From an uncultured bacterium (GTDB taxonomy: Bacteria; Babelota; Babeliae; Babelales; Babelaceae): a DNA stretch of 64,000 nucleotides. Both the position numbers and the translations under genes were made by a program. A model generated the notes under the pieces. It searched no databases and was not told the origin of the DNA. It saw nothing but the letters and a program-made list of their open reading frames with translations. How positions within the stretch are numbered: the stretch's first letter is position 1; each line of letters begins with the position of its first letter. This document shows positions 35,885 to 46,700 of the stretch, piece after piece. The DNA lies in contig CAVRKK010000001.1 of the NCBI GenBank assembly GCA_963722385.1, positions 192,001-256,000 of the forward strand, in the 5' to 3' direction.

Positions 35885-36964
35885 CTACTCTTCGTCTGAA
35901 AGATGATCAATATTTTGGCCAGACGCCGCCTGCAGAGCATCAGCACCAAACACCGCCCTTACGCGCTCAGTCAATCCTTGCATCAAAGAGGCATCACCCT
36001 TAAGCGCGTGCACAACCTGGTCTCGCCCCTGCGCAAGCTTCTCACCATTAAATGAGAACCAAGAACCCGACTGCGTCACCACGCCAACCTTTAACGCCGC
36101 ATCAAGAACATCATATTCTTTGCTCACACCCTCACCAAAAATTAAATCAACTTCAACTGACTTAAAAGGGGGCGCCATCTTGTTCTTAGCAACCTTAACT
36201 CTCACCCGATTACCCCGATGCGAACCGTCTTTGTCCTTCAGGCTCTCGATACGACGCACATCAATACGAAGTGATGCATAAAATTTGAGCGCGTTGCCGC
36301 CCGTCGTAACCTCGTTGTTAGCAAAGGCCATAGCGTTAATTTTTTGACGAATCTGATTGATAAAAATAAGCGCCGTACGCGACTTGTGCACCACCGGCGT
36401 CAGCTTACGTAAAGCCTGAGACATCAACCGCGCTTGTAAACCCATATGGGGATCACCCATGTCGCCGTCAACTTCAGCCTTAGGAACCAGTGCAGCAACA
36501 GAATCTATAACAATAAGGTCAACCGCTCCTGATCTAATAAGCATTTCCGCTATGTCAAGTGCCTGCTCGCCAAAGTCTGGTTGAGAAATAACCAAATCAT
36601 TGATATTGATACCAAGCTTGGTAGCATAAACAGGGTCCAAGGCATGCTCAGCGTCAATAAACGCGCAAATACCCCCGCCCTTCTGAGATTGCGCAATCGC
36701 CTGCAATGCAAGTGTCGTCTTGCCTGATGCCTCCGGTCCATAAATCTCCGTAACGCGGCCCCGCGGAAACCCACCAACACCAAGAGCGCTATCTATTAAA
36801 AACGAGCCAGTCGAGATAACGTCAATCTGTGCAGCAGCAGACTGCCCAAGAAGCATTACCGACCCCTTGCCATACGCTTTATCTATTTGGGAGAATACAA
36901 CCTCAAGCACCTTATGCTTGGCATTGATATCCGAATCCCTTACAACTTTTTCTTTTTCACTCAC
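35885..36964 (-). CDS. recA: Recombinase RecA
   Basis: [54 protein letters not shown] start. Confidence 0.98.
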   Translation of the reverse strand: MSEKEKVVRDSDINAKHKVLEVVFSQIDKAYGKGSVMLLGQSAAAQIDVISTGSFLIDSALGVGGFPRGRVTEIYGPEASGKTTLALQAIAQSQKGGGICAFIDAEHALDPVYATKLGININDLVISQPDFGEQALDIAEMLIRSGAVDLIVIDSVAALVPKAEVDGDMGDPHMGLQARLMSQALRKLTPVVHKSRTALIFINQIRQKINAMAFANNEVTTGGNALKFYASLRIDVRRIESLKDKDGSHRGNRVRVKVAKNKMAPPFKSVEVDLIFGEGVSKEYDVLDAALKVGVVTQSGSWFSFNGEKLAQGRDQVVHALKGDASLMQGLTERVRAVFGADALQAASGQNIDHLSDEE

Positions 36965-36981
36965 GCTTTTTGCTCACTCAA

Positions 36982-38520
36982 TTAACGACGACCAATAAAA
37001 GATTTGTTAGTCTTAATTTTAGCATTTTTCTCTAAAGAAGCAATAAACCCTTGCGCAACCTGCTCCCCTTCTTTTCTCATAAGAGTATTAAAGAGCTCGG
37101 GCTTCTTCTGATTAAATTTTTCAATGTCAAGTTCGGCAAGCTCTTTAACCCCGATTACATAGCCAGCTTGGGGCGTAAGCACCGTTTTTGACTGGCCTAC
37201 GGGCAGGCTGAGCAATTGCGATACCTGCTGTCTTTGCAAGCCCTCCTTCTCAAGGCTTGCCCAAACTGGCGAATCCTTTTTATCAGGCTCGATAAAGTCC
37301 GTATCAAAGGACGTAGCACCCAGCGCTTTATGCTCATTAATCCATGCCTGCCGCCCCGATGCGTCCAATCCTTTTATCGTGGTCAAGTCGTTGGCCAATG
37401 CCTGGGCTGCCTGTGCTAAGTAATAATCTTGCTCAACCGGCCCCCGGATCGTCGACAACGGCTGTTCTGCGCGCGGGTCAACCTTCGTCAATTCAACAAC
37501 AAAGCCGCGACGCTCTTTGCCTTCACCAGTAACAAAAATAGCTCGCTCACCAATGTCCTTAAGCGAGAAGAGCTTGCGCGTTAACACATTATCAGGAGCT
37601 CCTTGGCTCTCTTCAGGCAAAGCAACCGGGCCAAGCGGGCTGGCCGCCCCCTGATACTTTTTAACAAACTCATCAAAGCCAGACACAAGAACCTGTTCGC
37701 CTTCAGCCAAAAAATCATCAGGAATATGGTCAAACGTCCAGACCGAGCCGCTTCGCTTTTCCAGACTCCAGTAATGATGATTACGCTGGTTTGCCTCCTG
37801 AAAGAACTTTTCAAGCGCAGCGGTATCAAGCGAAACTTTTTTAGCCTGTGCAAGATAATCAGCAATAGGCACCTTAATAAGAGAAAGCTTTTTTGCCCGA
37901 TAAGCCCGATCAAACTCATCACGAACCCGAGCTATTGGCACATAAGCAGCACCTTGAGCAAACTGAAGAACAAGCTGCCCCTTGATGCGCTCTTCAACAA
38001 CCTCTTCAAGACAGCGAGCCGAGACCCCTTGACGCTGCAGCAATTTAAGCAAGTCGCGATAATTAACACCCTGAGGACTTACCGCGCCAGCAGGGATCAT
38101 GTCCCCCATAATTTGTAGCGCAAAATAGGGATTTTCAAGCTGATTCGAGACGTAGTCAGGCGATAACCGTAAGCCGAGCTTGTCGGCGCAGGCAAGTAAA
38201 AGTTTCTGCTCCGTTAAGGCTTTAAGAGCGCGATCCTCAGGCTTGCCACCAAAGCCAAGCGCTTCAAGAAACGCCGAAGCATTGGCACCAAACTGCTGCC
38301 TCATATAACTCTCTCGGCGCTGCTCCTGGCCAACCTTGCGCTGAAATTCACGAATACTAATTTCGTAGCCATCAACAAAGGAAACGCCCGTATCGCCAGT
38401 TCTCATAAAGCGGCGAAACAGCCCACCAATAAAAATGCCTCCCCCCAAAGATAAAATAGTAATCCATATAACGATATTAAATGCTTGCTTACTGAAATTC
38501 TTGCGTATCGTTGAAATCAT
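36982..38520 (-). CDS. PpiD/SurA N-terminal domain periplasmic chaperone
   Basis: MISTIRK plus TM anchor, VDGYEISIREF, helical SurA-like domain, LEKNAKIKTN end; PPIase motif not evident. Confidence 0.7.
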   Translation of the reverse strand: MISTIRKNFSKQAFNIVIWITILSLGGGIFIGGLFRRFMRTGDTGVSFVDGYEISIREFQRKVGQEQRRESYMRQQFGANASAFLEALGFGGKPEDRALKALTEQKLLLACADKLGLRLSPDYVSNQLENPYFALQIMGDMIPAGAVSPQGVNYRDLLKLLQRQGVSARCLEEVVEERIKGQLVLQFAQGAAYVPIARVRDEFDRAYRAKKLSLIKVPIADYLAQAKKVSLDTAALEKFFQEANQRNHHYWSLEKRSGSVWTFDHIPDDFLAEGEQVLVSGFDEFVKKYQGAASPLGPVALPEESQGAPDNVLTRKLFSLKDIGERAIFVTGEGKERRGFVVELTKVDPRAEQPLSTIRGPVEQDYYLAQAAQALANDLTTIKGLDASGRQAWINEHKALGATSFDTDFIEPDKKDSPVWASLEKEGLQRQQVSQLLSLPVGQSKTVLTPQAGYVIGVKELAELDIEKFNQKKPELFNTLMRKEGEQVAQGFIASLEKNAKIKTNKSFIGRR

Positions 38521-38567
38521 GAACTCTTTCCTTGCTATCTTTGCTATCTTTGTCGTCTTTTACTAAA

Positions 38568-38840
38568 TTACGTATCTTCTACCGAATATGATGTACAGAG
38601 AGATGAGTGAACGCGGTCCGCGAATGCGCCTTGCTTTACGCAGGCAGCGATCTCCTCGCTCTGGTTTTTTTTCCCTAAGTAGTAGCCAGCAATAAATACA
38701 AAAAGCATCCCTATAATACCAGCCGCAATTATTCTGCTAATCTGGGCATCTGACAACACAAGGTGGTGGCGGTACGCCTTGTGGTCTAAAGATGGCTCTT
38801 TGAGCTCCGACGTCCCTTTGTCATCGTGCTTATCACTCAT
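38568..38840 (-). CDS. Small single-TM hypothetical protein
   Basis: 90 aa, IIAAGIIGMLFVFIAGYYLG TM; overlaps the miaA stop. Confidence 0.7.
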   Translation of the reverse strand: MSDKHDDKGTSELKEPSLDHKAYRHHLVLSDAQISRIIAAGIIGMLFVFIAGYYLGKKNQSEEIAACVKQGAFADRVHSSLCTSYSVEDT

Positions 38841-39780
38841 GCAAACCTTCTTTCACATTTTCAATTTTATTAATATACGCCTCAAAGGGCGTATGGGTCA
38901 AATTTATCTCAGCAATCGTAATACCAGGGATAACAGGAAGCGCCTTTTTAAAGCCGCGCCAAAAAATTCTTTGCCGGCGAGCATAAGCGCGGGTTTGGCG
39001 CTTAATGCGCTCATGGAGCTCGCGCTCGGAGCAGCCACCCCGAACAAATTCAATAACGTCGCGGTATCCCAAAAGCCCCTTAGCCGATAAAAAAGTATGC
39101 CATGACGTCGGCAAAGCTGCAACCTCGTCAATCCAACCCAATGACATCATCTCTTCAACCCGATCGTCAATTCTTCCATATAAATCGTCAGTATCACGGT
39201 CAAGAAATAGTATATGACAACGCCCTGGCAATGCAAACGATGGCTTGAGCTGCGAAGGCAAAATACCGTGCTCGCGCCATATATGTAATGCACGGCCAAT
39301 CCGATAGGTATCATGTGGGTGGATCTCGCGAGCACGTACCGGATCAACCGCGTGCAAAAGGTCCCAATAAATGTCACGCATCGGCGCAGCGACAGGTTGA
39401 GCACCCCGATCAGCCGGAGGGAAAAAGAGCGATTTCAGATAGAAACCGGTACCTCCTACGATCACCGGCGTATGCGCCGATGATCCACCTCGACCTCCTA
39501 TCATCGCAAGCAATGGTAAACAGTCCCGCCGATATTGATATGCTGAGTAGTGTACCGGGTCTTTCACGATATCAAAAAGGTGATGCGCGATAGGATCATT
39601 TTTCCAGTCAGGCTTGGCAGTACCAATGGATAATCGCTTATATACTTGACCCATATCGCCATTAATTATCTCAATCGACTGCGCTTGCCCCAAGGCAAGC
39701 GAGCATGCAGTTTTACCAACACCCGTCGGTCCAAAAAGAATGATAAAAAATGGCGATGTGCCCATCAAGTCAACATCCAT
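38833..39780 (-). CDS. miaA: tRNA dimethylallyltransferase
   Basis: GPTGVGKT, SIGTAKP, HHLFD, VGGTGFYL, TRAYARRQ. Confidence 0.95.
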   Translation of the reverse strand: MDVDLMGTSPFFIILFGPTGVGKTACSLALGQAQSIEIINGDMGQVYKRLSIGTAKPDWKNDPIAHHLFDIVKDPVHYSAYQYRRDCLPLLAMIGGRGGSSAHTPVIVGGTGFYLKSLFFPPADRGAQPVAAPMRDIYWDLLHAVDPVRAREIHPHDTYRIGRALHIWREHGILPSQLKPSFALPGRCHILFLDRDTDDLYGRIDDRVEEMMSLGWIDEVAALPTSWHTFLSAKGLLGYRDVIEFVRGGCSERELHERIKRQTRAYARRQRIFWRGFKKALPVIPGITIAEINLTHTPFEAYINKIENVKEGLHE

Positions 39781-39796
39781 GATAATAATTCACCCT

Positions 39797-40309
39797 TTAG
39801 CCATCCTTGCTCTGCGCGGTGAAGAGAGACCTGAGCCGCTCCAAGGCACTGTGCTGCGGCAATTTCTCAACAAGTGAAATTTCCTCAGCAAGCAAGCTTT
39901 CAGTCTGGCATAATAAGCTCTTTTCACCAAAAGAGAGCTCCTTCTGCATCTCTATAAACCGCAAATCTCGATAAATCTCCGACAGTTCGCGCAGGCCGCC
40001 AGCACGCAGTTTCATCTGGTATTCTTTGTTCCTTTTGTTCCAACTACTCGCCGTAAACTCATAAGCATTTAATCGTCGCGCAGGCTGCGTCAAAATCTTC
40101 AAGGCATCATCAACGCTCTCACGAGAACTCAGCGGGCGGATAGGCACGGTGTGCATATTTTGCACCGGCACAAGCACTGTCATATCCTTGTTCAAAAATT
40201 TCAACTCATAGTAGCTCGTCTTCTGCCCAGCAACAATCTTCTCAATAACCCGCGTAATTTGCGCAACACCATGCCCTGGATAGACAACCTTATCATAGAG
40301 CAAAAACAT
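39797..40309 (-). CDS. carD: CarD family transcriptional regulator
   Basis: DKVVYPGHGVA, WNKRNKEY, LSFGEK, LAEEIS. Confidence 0.92.
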   Translation of the reverse strand: MFLLYDKVVYPGHGVAQITRVIEKIVAGQKTSYYELKFLNKDMTVLVPVQNMHTVPIRPLSSRESVDDALKILTQPARRLNAYEFTASSWNKRNKEYQMKLRAGGLRELSEIYRDLRFIEMQKELSFGEKSLLCQTESLLAEEISLVEKLPQHSALERLRSLFTAQSKDG

Positions 40310-40603
40310 GGGCTAACCCCTTTAAAGATTTTTACTCTTTAAAAGCTTTAAACCCACTGTTTATTATATCATCACACGCACGCCAGGGCAATCTTCTCGC
40401 CCGATGCTCGCCGTTTCATCACCACATTCTTCACCACACCCCCTCCACACCGATCCCTCAACAAAGCCCCTTCCTCTTACCTCGGACAAAGGGGCCCCAG
40501 CACACAACCACCTCCCCCCAAAAGGTGGTGGGGAACCGCTCCGATAAGGCTGGCGGCGGGGGCGCAGGGATCGCTCCAAAGTTGAGCGAACAACACTAAG
40601 AAA

Positions 40604-40647
40604 ATATGAGCATATCACTTGACCTCATATAAACAAGATGCTAAAGT
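40604..40647 (+). promoter_or_regulatory. dnaK promoter with an inverted repeat flanking the -35
   Basis: TTGACC(40619)-17 nt-TAAAGT(40642) with TGn extension; ATATGAG-N13-CTCATAT at 40604-40630. Confidence 0.55.
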
Positions 40648-40701
40648 GTAACTAGCTTAAATAGAAGGGAAAATTGCAATAAATAAAGAAGGAATATAAG
40701 C

Positions 40702-42591
40702 ATGGCAGGTAAAATAATCGGCATAGACCTAGGAACCACCAACTCGGTAGTTGCCATCATGGAAGGCGGAACGCCAAAAGTTATCACCAACCAAGAAGGC
40801 CAAAATACAACGCCATCAGTCGTTGCATTCACCAAAGACGGCAAGCGCCTCGTGGGTGTGCTTGCAAAGCGCCAAGCAGTAACAAATCCAGAAAATACTA
40901 TTTATTCAATAAAACGATTCATGGGCAAAACCTATGATGAGATAAAGAATGAGACGCAGCTCGTACCGTATAAAGTTGTTCGCCGTAGTAATGGCGACTG
41001 CGCGGTCCTCATCCAAGGATCTGAATATACTCCCCAAGAAATTTCCGCTGCGATCCTAACAAAGCTTAAACAAGCAGCAGAAAGCTACCTCGGTCAAACC
41101 GTCACCGAAGCCGTCATCACCGTCCCAGCCTATTTCAATGATGCCCAACGTCAAGCTACCAAAGACGCTGGCAAGATCGCCGGTCTAGAAGTACGCCGCA
41201 TCATCAATGAGCCAACAGCTGCAGCGCTAGCCTACGGGATTGATAAAAAGAAAAATGGCATCATCGCGGTATTTGACTTCGGAGGCGGAACTTTCGACAT
41301 CTCGATATTAGAAATTCACGATGGTGTCATCGAAGTAAAAGCAACAAGCGGTGATACGCACCTCGGCGGCGATGACATAGATGAACGCATTGTTAAGTAT
41401 ATAATAGACGAGTTTAAAAAAGAGCATGGCATCGATCTCCGCAATGACAAAATGGCTCTCCAACGGCTCAAAGAAACAGCTGAAAAAGCAAAAATAGAGC
41501 TCTCAACACTCCATGAAACAGAAATTAATTTACCTTATATAACTGCTGACGCATCAGGCCCTAAACACCTCGTCATGAAGCTTACAAGAGCAAAACTAGA
41601 GTCACTCTGCAGCGATATATTCGAGCGCCTTCTAAAACCAACACAACAAGCAATGAAAGATGCACAATTATCAAAAAATCAAATTGATGAAGTTATATTG
41701 GTAGGTGGCTCAACCAGAATGCCTAAAGTACAGGAACTCGTTAAAGATTTTTTTGGCAAGGAACCTAACAAATCAGTCAATCCTGATGAAGTAGTAGCGC
41801 TCGGCGCAGCCGTCCAAGGTGCCGTATTAACAGGCGAAGTGCGCGAAGTCCTCCTCTTAGACGTTACACCGTTATCACTCGGCATCGAAACTCTGGGCAG
41901 CATAACAGCGCGCCTCATAGAACGCAATACGACTATTCCAACGCGGAAGTCTCAAATTTTTACGACAGCAGAAGATAACCAAACAGCTGTTGATATAAAA
42001 ATTGTCCAAGGAGAACGCGAGTTAGCACGAGACAATAAGCTGCTCGGTCAATTCAGGCTCGAGGGAATACCGCCCGCACCACGCAGCGTTCCTCAAATAG
42101 AAGTCACTTTCGATATCGACGCGAATGGCATACTCCATGTGTCCGCACGCGACAAAGCAACTAATAAAGAACAACGCATAACCATCACCTCAATCAGCGG
42201 ATTGAGCAAAGAAGAAGTTGAAACGCTTGTCAGAGAAGCAAAAGAGCATGAAGCGGAAGATAAAAATATAAGAGAAACCGTCGAAAAGCGAAACCGACTC
42301 GATGGGCTCATTTTTGAAATAGAAAAAGCAATCAACACTAATAAAGAAAAACTAGCTGCAACCGACCTCGAAACATCTCAAGCAGCACTCGATAAAGCAA
42401 AAACAGCTCTTAAAGAGCACGAAAATAACCCAGAAGAGCTCCAAAAAGCAACCGACGAACTTACGCAAACCTGGCACAAAATTGCCGCACAACTCTATCA
42501 AGCAGAAAACCAGCAACCATCTGGCAATAATAACGACGATACCTCCAATAAACCAGGAGGCCAAGGTCCTATCGACGCAGATTTTTCTTAA
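40702..42591 (+). CDS. dnaK: Chaperone DnaK (Hsp70)
   Basis: [56 protein letters not shown]. Confidence 0.99.
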   Translation: MAGKIIGIDLGTTNSVVAIMEGGTPKVITNQEGQNTTPSVVAFTKDGKRLVGVLAKRQAVTNPENTIYSIKRFMGKTYDEIKNETQLVPYKVVRRSNGDCAVLIQGSEYTPQEISAAILTKLKQAAESYLGQTVTEAVITVPAYFNDAQRQATKDAGKIAGLEVRRIINEPTAAALAYGIDKKKNGIIAVFDFGGGTFDISILEIHDGVIEVKATSGDTHLGGDDIDERIVKYIIDEFKKEHGIDLRNDKMALQRLKETAEKAKIELSTLHETEINLPYITADASGPKHLVMKLTRAKLESLCSDIFERLLKPTQQAMKDAQLSKNQIDEVILVGGSTRMPKVQELVKDFFGKEPNKSVNPDEVVALGAAVQGAVLTGEVREVLLLDVTPLSLGIETLGSITARLIERNTTIPTRKSQIFTTAEDNQTAVDIKIVQGERELARDNKLLGQFRLEGIPPAPRSVPQIEVTFDIDANGILHVSARDKATNKEQRITITSISGLSKEEVETLVREAKEHEAEDKNIRETVEKRNRLDGLIFEIEKAINTNKEKLAATDLETSQAALDKAKTALKEHENNPEELQKATDELTQTWHKIAAQLYQAENQQPSGNNNDDTSNKPGGQGPIDADFS

Positions 42592-42601
42592 GTATCAGCA
42601 G

Positions 42602-42632
42602 GCAGGCAGTTGGACATGTTCCAACTGCCTGC
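42602..42632 (+). terminator. Strong stem-loop after dnaK
   Basis: GCAGGCAGTTGGA-catgt-TCCAACTGCCTGC, 13-bp perfect stem, no U-tract. Confidence 0.6.
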
Positions 42633-42814
42633 ACCTCCCAGAGCCTCTTCTCGCCTGCCCACCAGTGATAAAGCTTACTCTTGTATTGCTCAATAAGTCC
42701 CAAAACCGATCCATTTTTATATTTAAAAATAAAGGCCTTGCTTTTGCCATTTTATTTATATTAGTATTGATGATGTGATGAAAATAAGACATTGATCATC
42801 AAAGGAGCAATAAA

Positions 42815-43504
42815 ATGCTTAATAAAATCCGTTACCTTATACTTGACATCTTTTTTACCATCGTTGTCCTATCGGCAGGTCCACTTTTCGCCCAAGATCA
42901 GGTAGACATAAAGCAAGTATTAGCCGATAAATACGAAGAAAGAGCAGGCTATATGATCGACAGCAGCGAGCAACAAAGCATTCATAACAAGGGCTGGTCG
43001 CCTACGTACGGCGAAATTACTCCTGAAGGTGCTTCGATACTTATCAAAGAGCTCAAATTAACCAACAAAGACCGTTTTTACGATCTTGGCTGTGGCGTTG
43101 GCAAGCTTGTATTTCAGATTTTTTTGGAGGGCGGCGTACAAAAAAGCGTAGGCATCGAGCTCTCTCCGTCACGATTACAGTATGCCAAAAAAGTGCACGC
43201 CGATATCAAACATACCATACCTGCCGACAATCGAATATTAGCGTTTATCGAACAAAACATGCTCGAAGCTGATTTGAGCGATGCCACGGCACTCTACGTA
43301 GCCTCTACCTGTTTTTCAAACGACGTTATGACCAAACTAGCTCAAAAATTATCATCATTGCCTGCAGGAACACGCTTAGTAACGTTAACCGAGCTACCTA
43401 ACCTTTACAACTTCCGCTTGGACAAAAAGGTTACCATTCCCATGACATGGTCGCCAAATACCACAGCGTATTTTTACGTCCTTGATCCAAAAAAGCGCAG
43501 CTGA
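42815..43504 (+). CDS. DOT1-like class I SAM-dependent methyltransferase with signal peptide
   Basis: TYGEIT, FYDLGCGVGK, GIELSPSR, LYVASTCF, MTWS; signal peptide ending LFA-Q; AAGGAG RBS. Confidence 0.8.
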   Translation: MLNKIRYLILDIFFTIVVLSAGPLFAQDQVDIKQVLADKYEERAGYMIDSSEQQSIHNKGWSPTYGEITPEGASILIKELKLTNKDRFYDLGCGVGKLVFQIFLEGGVQKSVGIELSPSRLQYAKKVHADIKHTIPADNRILAFIEQNMLEADLSDATALYVASTCFSNDVMTKLAQKLSSLPAGTRLVTLTELPNLYNFRLDKKVTIPMTWSPNTTAYFYVLDPKKRS

Positions 43505-43520
43505 TAAACCATAATGCTTC

Positions 43521-43657
43521 CTATCTTCCGTTAGGAAGATTGCGTTTGCCTAATCATGCGCCCCGCATGGTTATGGCATTGAACGAACGAGTTACAAAGA
43601 TGAGCACTTAGAGCAGGAGGTCCCAAATCAACGGGTGCAGGGCCGCCGCCATGCCGC
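43521..43657 (+). repeat. Dispersed multi-hairpin repeat element, copy 3 (3' module only)
   Basis: Aligns to about 24853-24981: ATCTTCC-gtta-GGAAGAT, GCCTAATCATGCG-ccc-CGCATGGTTATGGC, GGGTGCAGGGCCGCCGCC. Confidence 0.85.
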
Positions 43658-43736
43658 CCACCGCGTAGGTGTGCTCGCCGCACAGGCGCCCCACGCCGCT
43701 TGATATAGTCGCACCCAGCTACGATATCCATCAAGC

Positions 43737-46700
43737 TCAGCCAACCCACTCCTGAGCAGGTGCGATGATATTCTGCTCCTCAGTCTTCATAGCATCAATA
43801 AGACTGCTATACTGATCAACAATGCACTGGCTCGTTACGCCCTCAGCACAGACAGAAGCAAGGTAGGTATGGATAAAGCACGCTGAAATTGCCTGAAAAA
43901 TATAATCAGCCCACTCCTTGGTTGTTGAAAGCGCACCAGCTAGGGCCGCTTTTGCCCCAGCCAAATGGCCAACCTGCTCAGGCGTGATAGCGCCACCAAA
44001 GAGAAAGTCCCTAAGAATACTCCGCACCTTCTCAGCAGACAATGACCCCGTAATGAAAACCGTCGCTAAATCCTGAGCCTTCTTGGTTGCCGGATCAATC
44101 GGTAAACGCTTGGCAAGATAAGCTTGAACAACCGAATCCTGTTGAACTTTTGCTTGAGCATTTTGAGCACCTGTCGACAATGCGCCCATAGCACTCGCGC
44201 TCGGGTTCACAAGAACAACCCCGCCACGCTGCGCTTGCTCAGCTATAGTTGTATCAACCGACGTTAAATAAACAAGCGCATCCAAAATAGACTCTCTTAA
44301 TTTCTTACACTCATCTTTTTCATCTTCCCTAAAGCCAAAAACAATCGAGCAATCCGCCATCAGCTGATCGAATGACGAAACGCTGCCACCAGAGGATAAA
44401 ATAAGCGGTGTTGACCAACGCGACTTATACCAGCCTACAAAATACTCAATAGCACCGTAAAACAAAGCCTCCAATCCCTCAAGCCCCATCCTCGTAGCCT
44501 TCTGCTCATAGAGAGCAGCCTGCTCAGCATCAACCTGCTGATAATCAGAGCCTAACGACTGGTACAGACCCTGCGCAGTATTAAAATAAGATAATGAAGC
44601 AATATAGTGTTGTTTGCTGTAGTAAGCACGCGCAACATTCTCAAACATTTGCCCTCTCTTTGTTCGCACCGCAAGCCCGCTGACGTGCGCCTGCTGATAG
44701 GCACCTTCGGCAAAGACATACAACTTGGAAGCAAGAGTAAGATAGTTCTGGTATTGCACTGCCCTAGGATCTCCCATTAAAAACGAAGCTACAAAATCAG
44801 CATGCTGCTCATAACAAAAACCAAGTAATCCTTGTGCTTCAGGCAAACCTAGCCCCGTTAGAGCACTCGGCGAAGCAGCAGTAGCCACATACGTAGCAGC
44901 CAAAGCAAAATAATCTTGTACCCACGAAACAGCGCTCACCAGTTGCTTTGCCTGTGCATGGTCAAGATTGTCAATGTCAGGTACATGCTGAAAAAATGCA
45001 CGTTGTGCTACCAGCTGAGCCCGCTCTTGCTCATCAACGGTAATAAGCTTGAGCAGATCTTTAGAAACTACCCCACCACGCATATATGCTATTTTCTCAA
45101 AAAAAGCATACACTTGCGACAAATAAGCCTGCTGTATATTACGCTGCAAAGCATTTACCCGCTCCTGGGCGTACTTCTGCTGGCTCGAAGAAGCCGTCTT
45201 AAAGCTCTGGTACTGATTAAGCGCAAAAGCATAAGCCAGAACCGCCGTAGGATCTACCTGCTCACTTTTTTGCCCCATAGGCACAGGGAAAACGGGAATA
45301 TTACAGTAAACAAGCGCTGGCAACCGTCCCGCTGGCGCTAAAAAAGTCAGCGTTGTTTTAATCGCAAGACCATCTAATTTAGTCCCATGCGCCATCAGGT
45401 CGGCCAAATGCGTACGATAGCTCTGCGCAGCTTGGACATAAGGCACAAAGGCTGGATCGGCAACAGCTTCAGATCCTACGACGCTCGCCACATAGTCGTG
45501 GGTAAAGCTCCCTACAAGCCCCGCTGCCATGAGATGCTGATATAAGTATGCTGCAGCAGCTACGATACGTAAATCCTCCTCGAGCGACACTCTTAAGCTC
45601 GCGTCATTCTTGTTTTTACTATAAGCCGCATAGTCGCTAAAAAGAGCTGCTGGCGTCAAAGCGGGCTTTTGCGGCAATTGAACGAGCCATGGTGATAAGA
45701 AATATTGGCCGTACACGGGAAGGCCTCCGAGAAAAGAGCTAAACCTGGTGGTATTAGGCAGCCCAACCTTAGCGGCATCAGCTACCATATCAGCCAAGGC
45801 AAGCGCACCCTCTATCTGACTTAAAAGCGCCATCTCGTGACCAAGCTGCACATTGCCAATATTGTTATAAGCTGTACCGGCTTGCGCATAGGCGCCAGCC
45901 GCAATGCCACGATAGCCCGTAGACAAGGTACATTCAGCTGCTTGCAGCGGAACCTGCGCTGCTCCAACAAGAGCAGTAGCCCGCTCCACCGCCCAATCAC
46001 CTTGCTTTTGAGAAAGCTGGGCTAATTGCAGCATAAGCGACCCAAGTGGCAAAGCACGTATGTTAGAAAAAAGTGGCGAACTATATATAACATTCCCACT
46101 GCCCTGAGCTTTAACAAACAATGCCTTTAAATCAGGAACAGCCTGCATAAGCGCATCTTTTTGATCACTCAACGCTAATGAAACGCGAGCGACCAATGAA
46201 TCAGCTCGCTCTTGCCATAACTGCAAAGAACGTACGGCTTGCAAGACCTCAGCATAGCCCTGCTTGGGGTCGAGGTGCAATGCAGCAGCCTGACCCGCCA
46301 AAATTCTGGCCTGCTCAACAAATTTTTCCAGCCAATGTTGCATTTTTAATAAGAGCTCCGAAACATGCGGTACCGATACGCCGCCAACTGCATCTAGGAG
46401 ATAAAGACGATACTGCGCAACAACACGTAACCATGCATCAGCCTCGGGGCCCATAGCATATGACTGGACATAACCAAGCAGACAATCCCGATAAAGAGTA
46501 GGCCCATCTTTAAATAATACCGATTGCCCCCCTGCATGCCAAATCGTGTAGACAGCAAGTGTCGCACTCAGCGCGGATTCCCAAAGGGCAACCAATGATG
46601 CATTGACGTCAGACTTATTGCTTTTTGCTTGCTCATCAGCACTTTGAGCAGCAGCCAAGGCCTGACGAGCAGACTGCACAATCGCCGTAACGCGCCGTAA

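Noticed and set aside
40364..40618. 84-aa ORF between carD and dnaK
   Set aside because: Low-complexity translation of a G-rich strand, start overlaps the dnaK promoter region, no family motif
24660..43657. Repeat family as a CRISPR array
   Set aside because: Copies are dispersed and in both orientations, not tandem; variable segments are partly homologous; no cas genes
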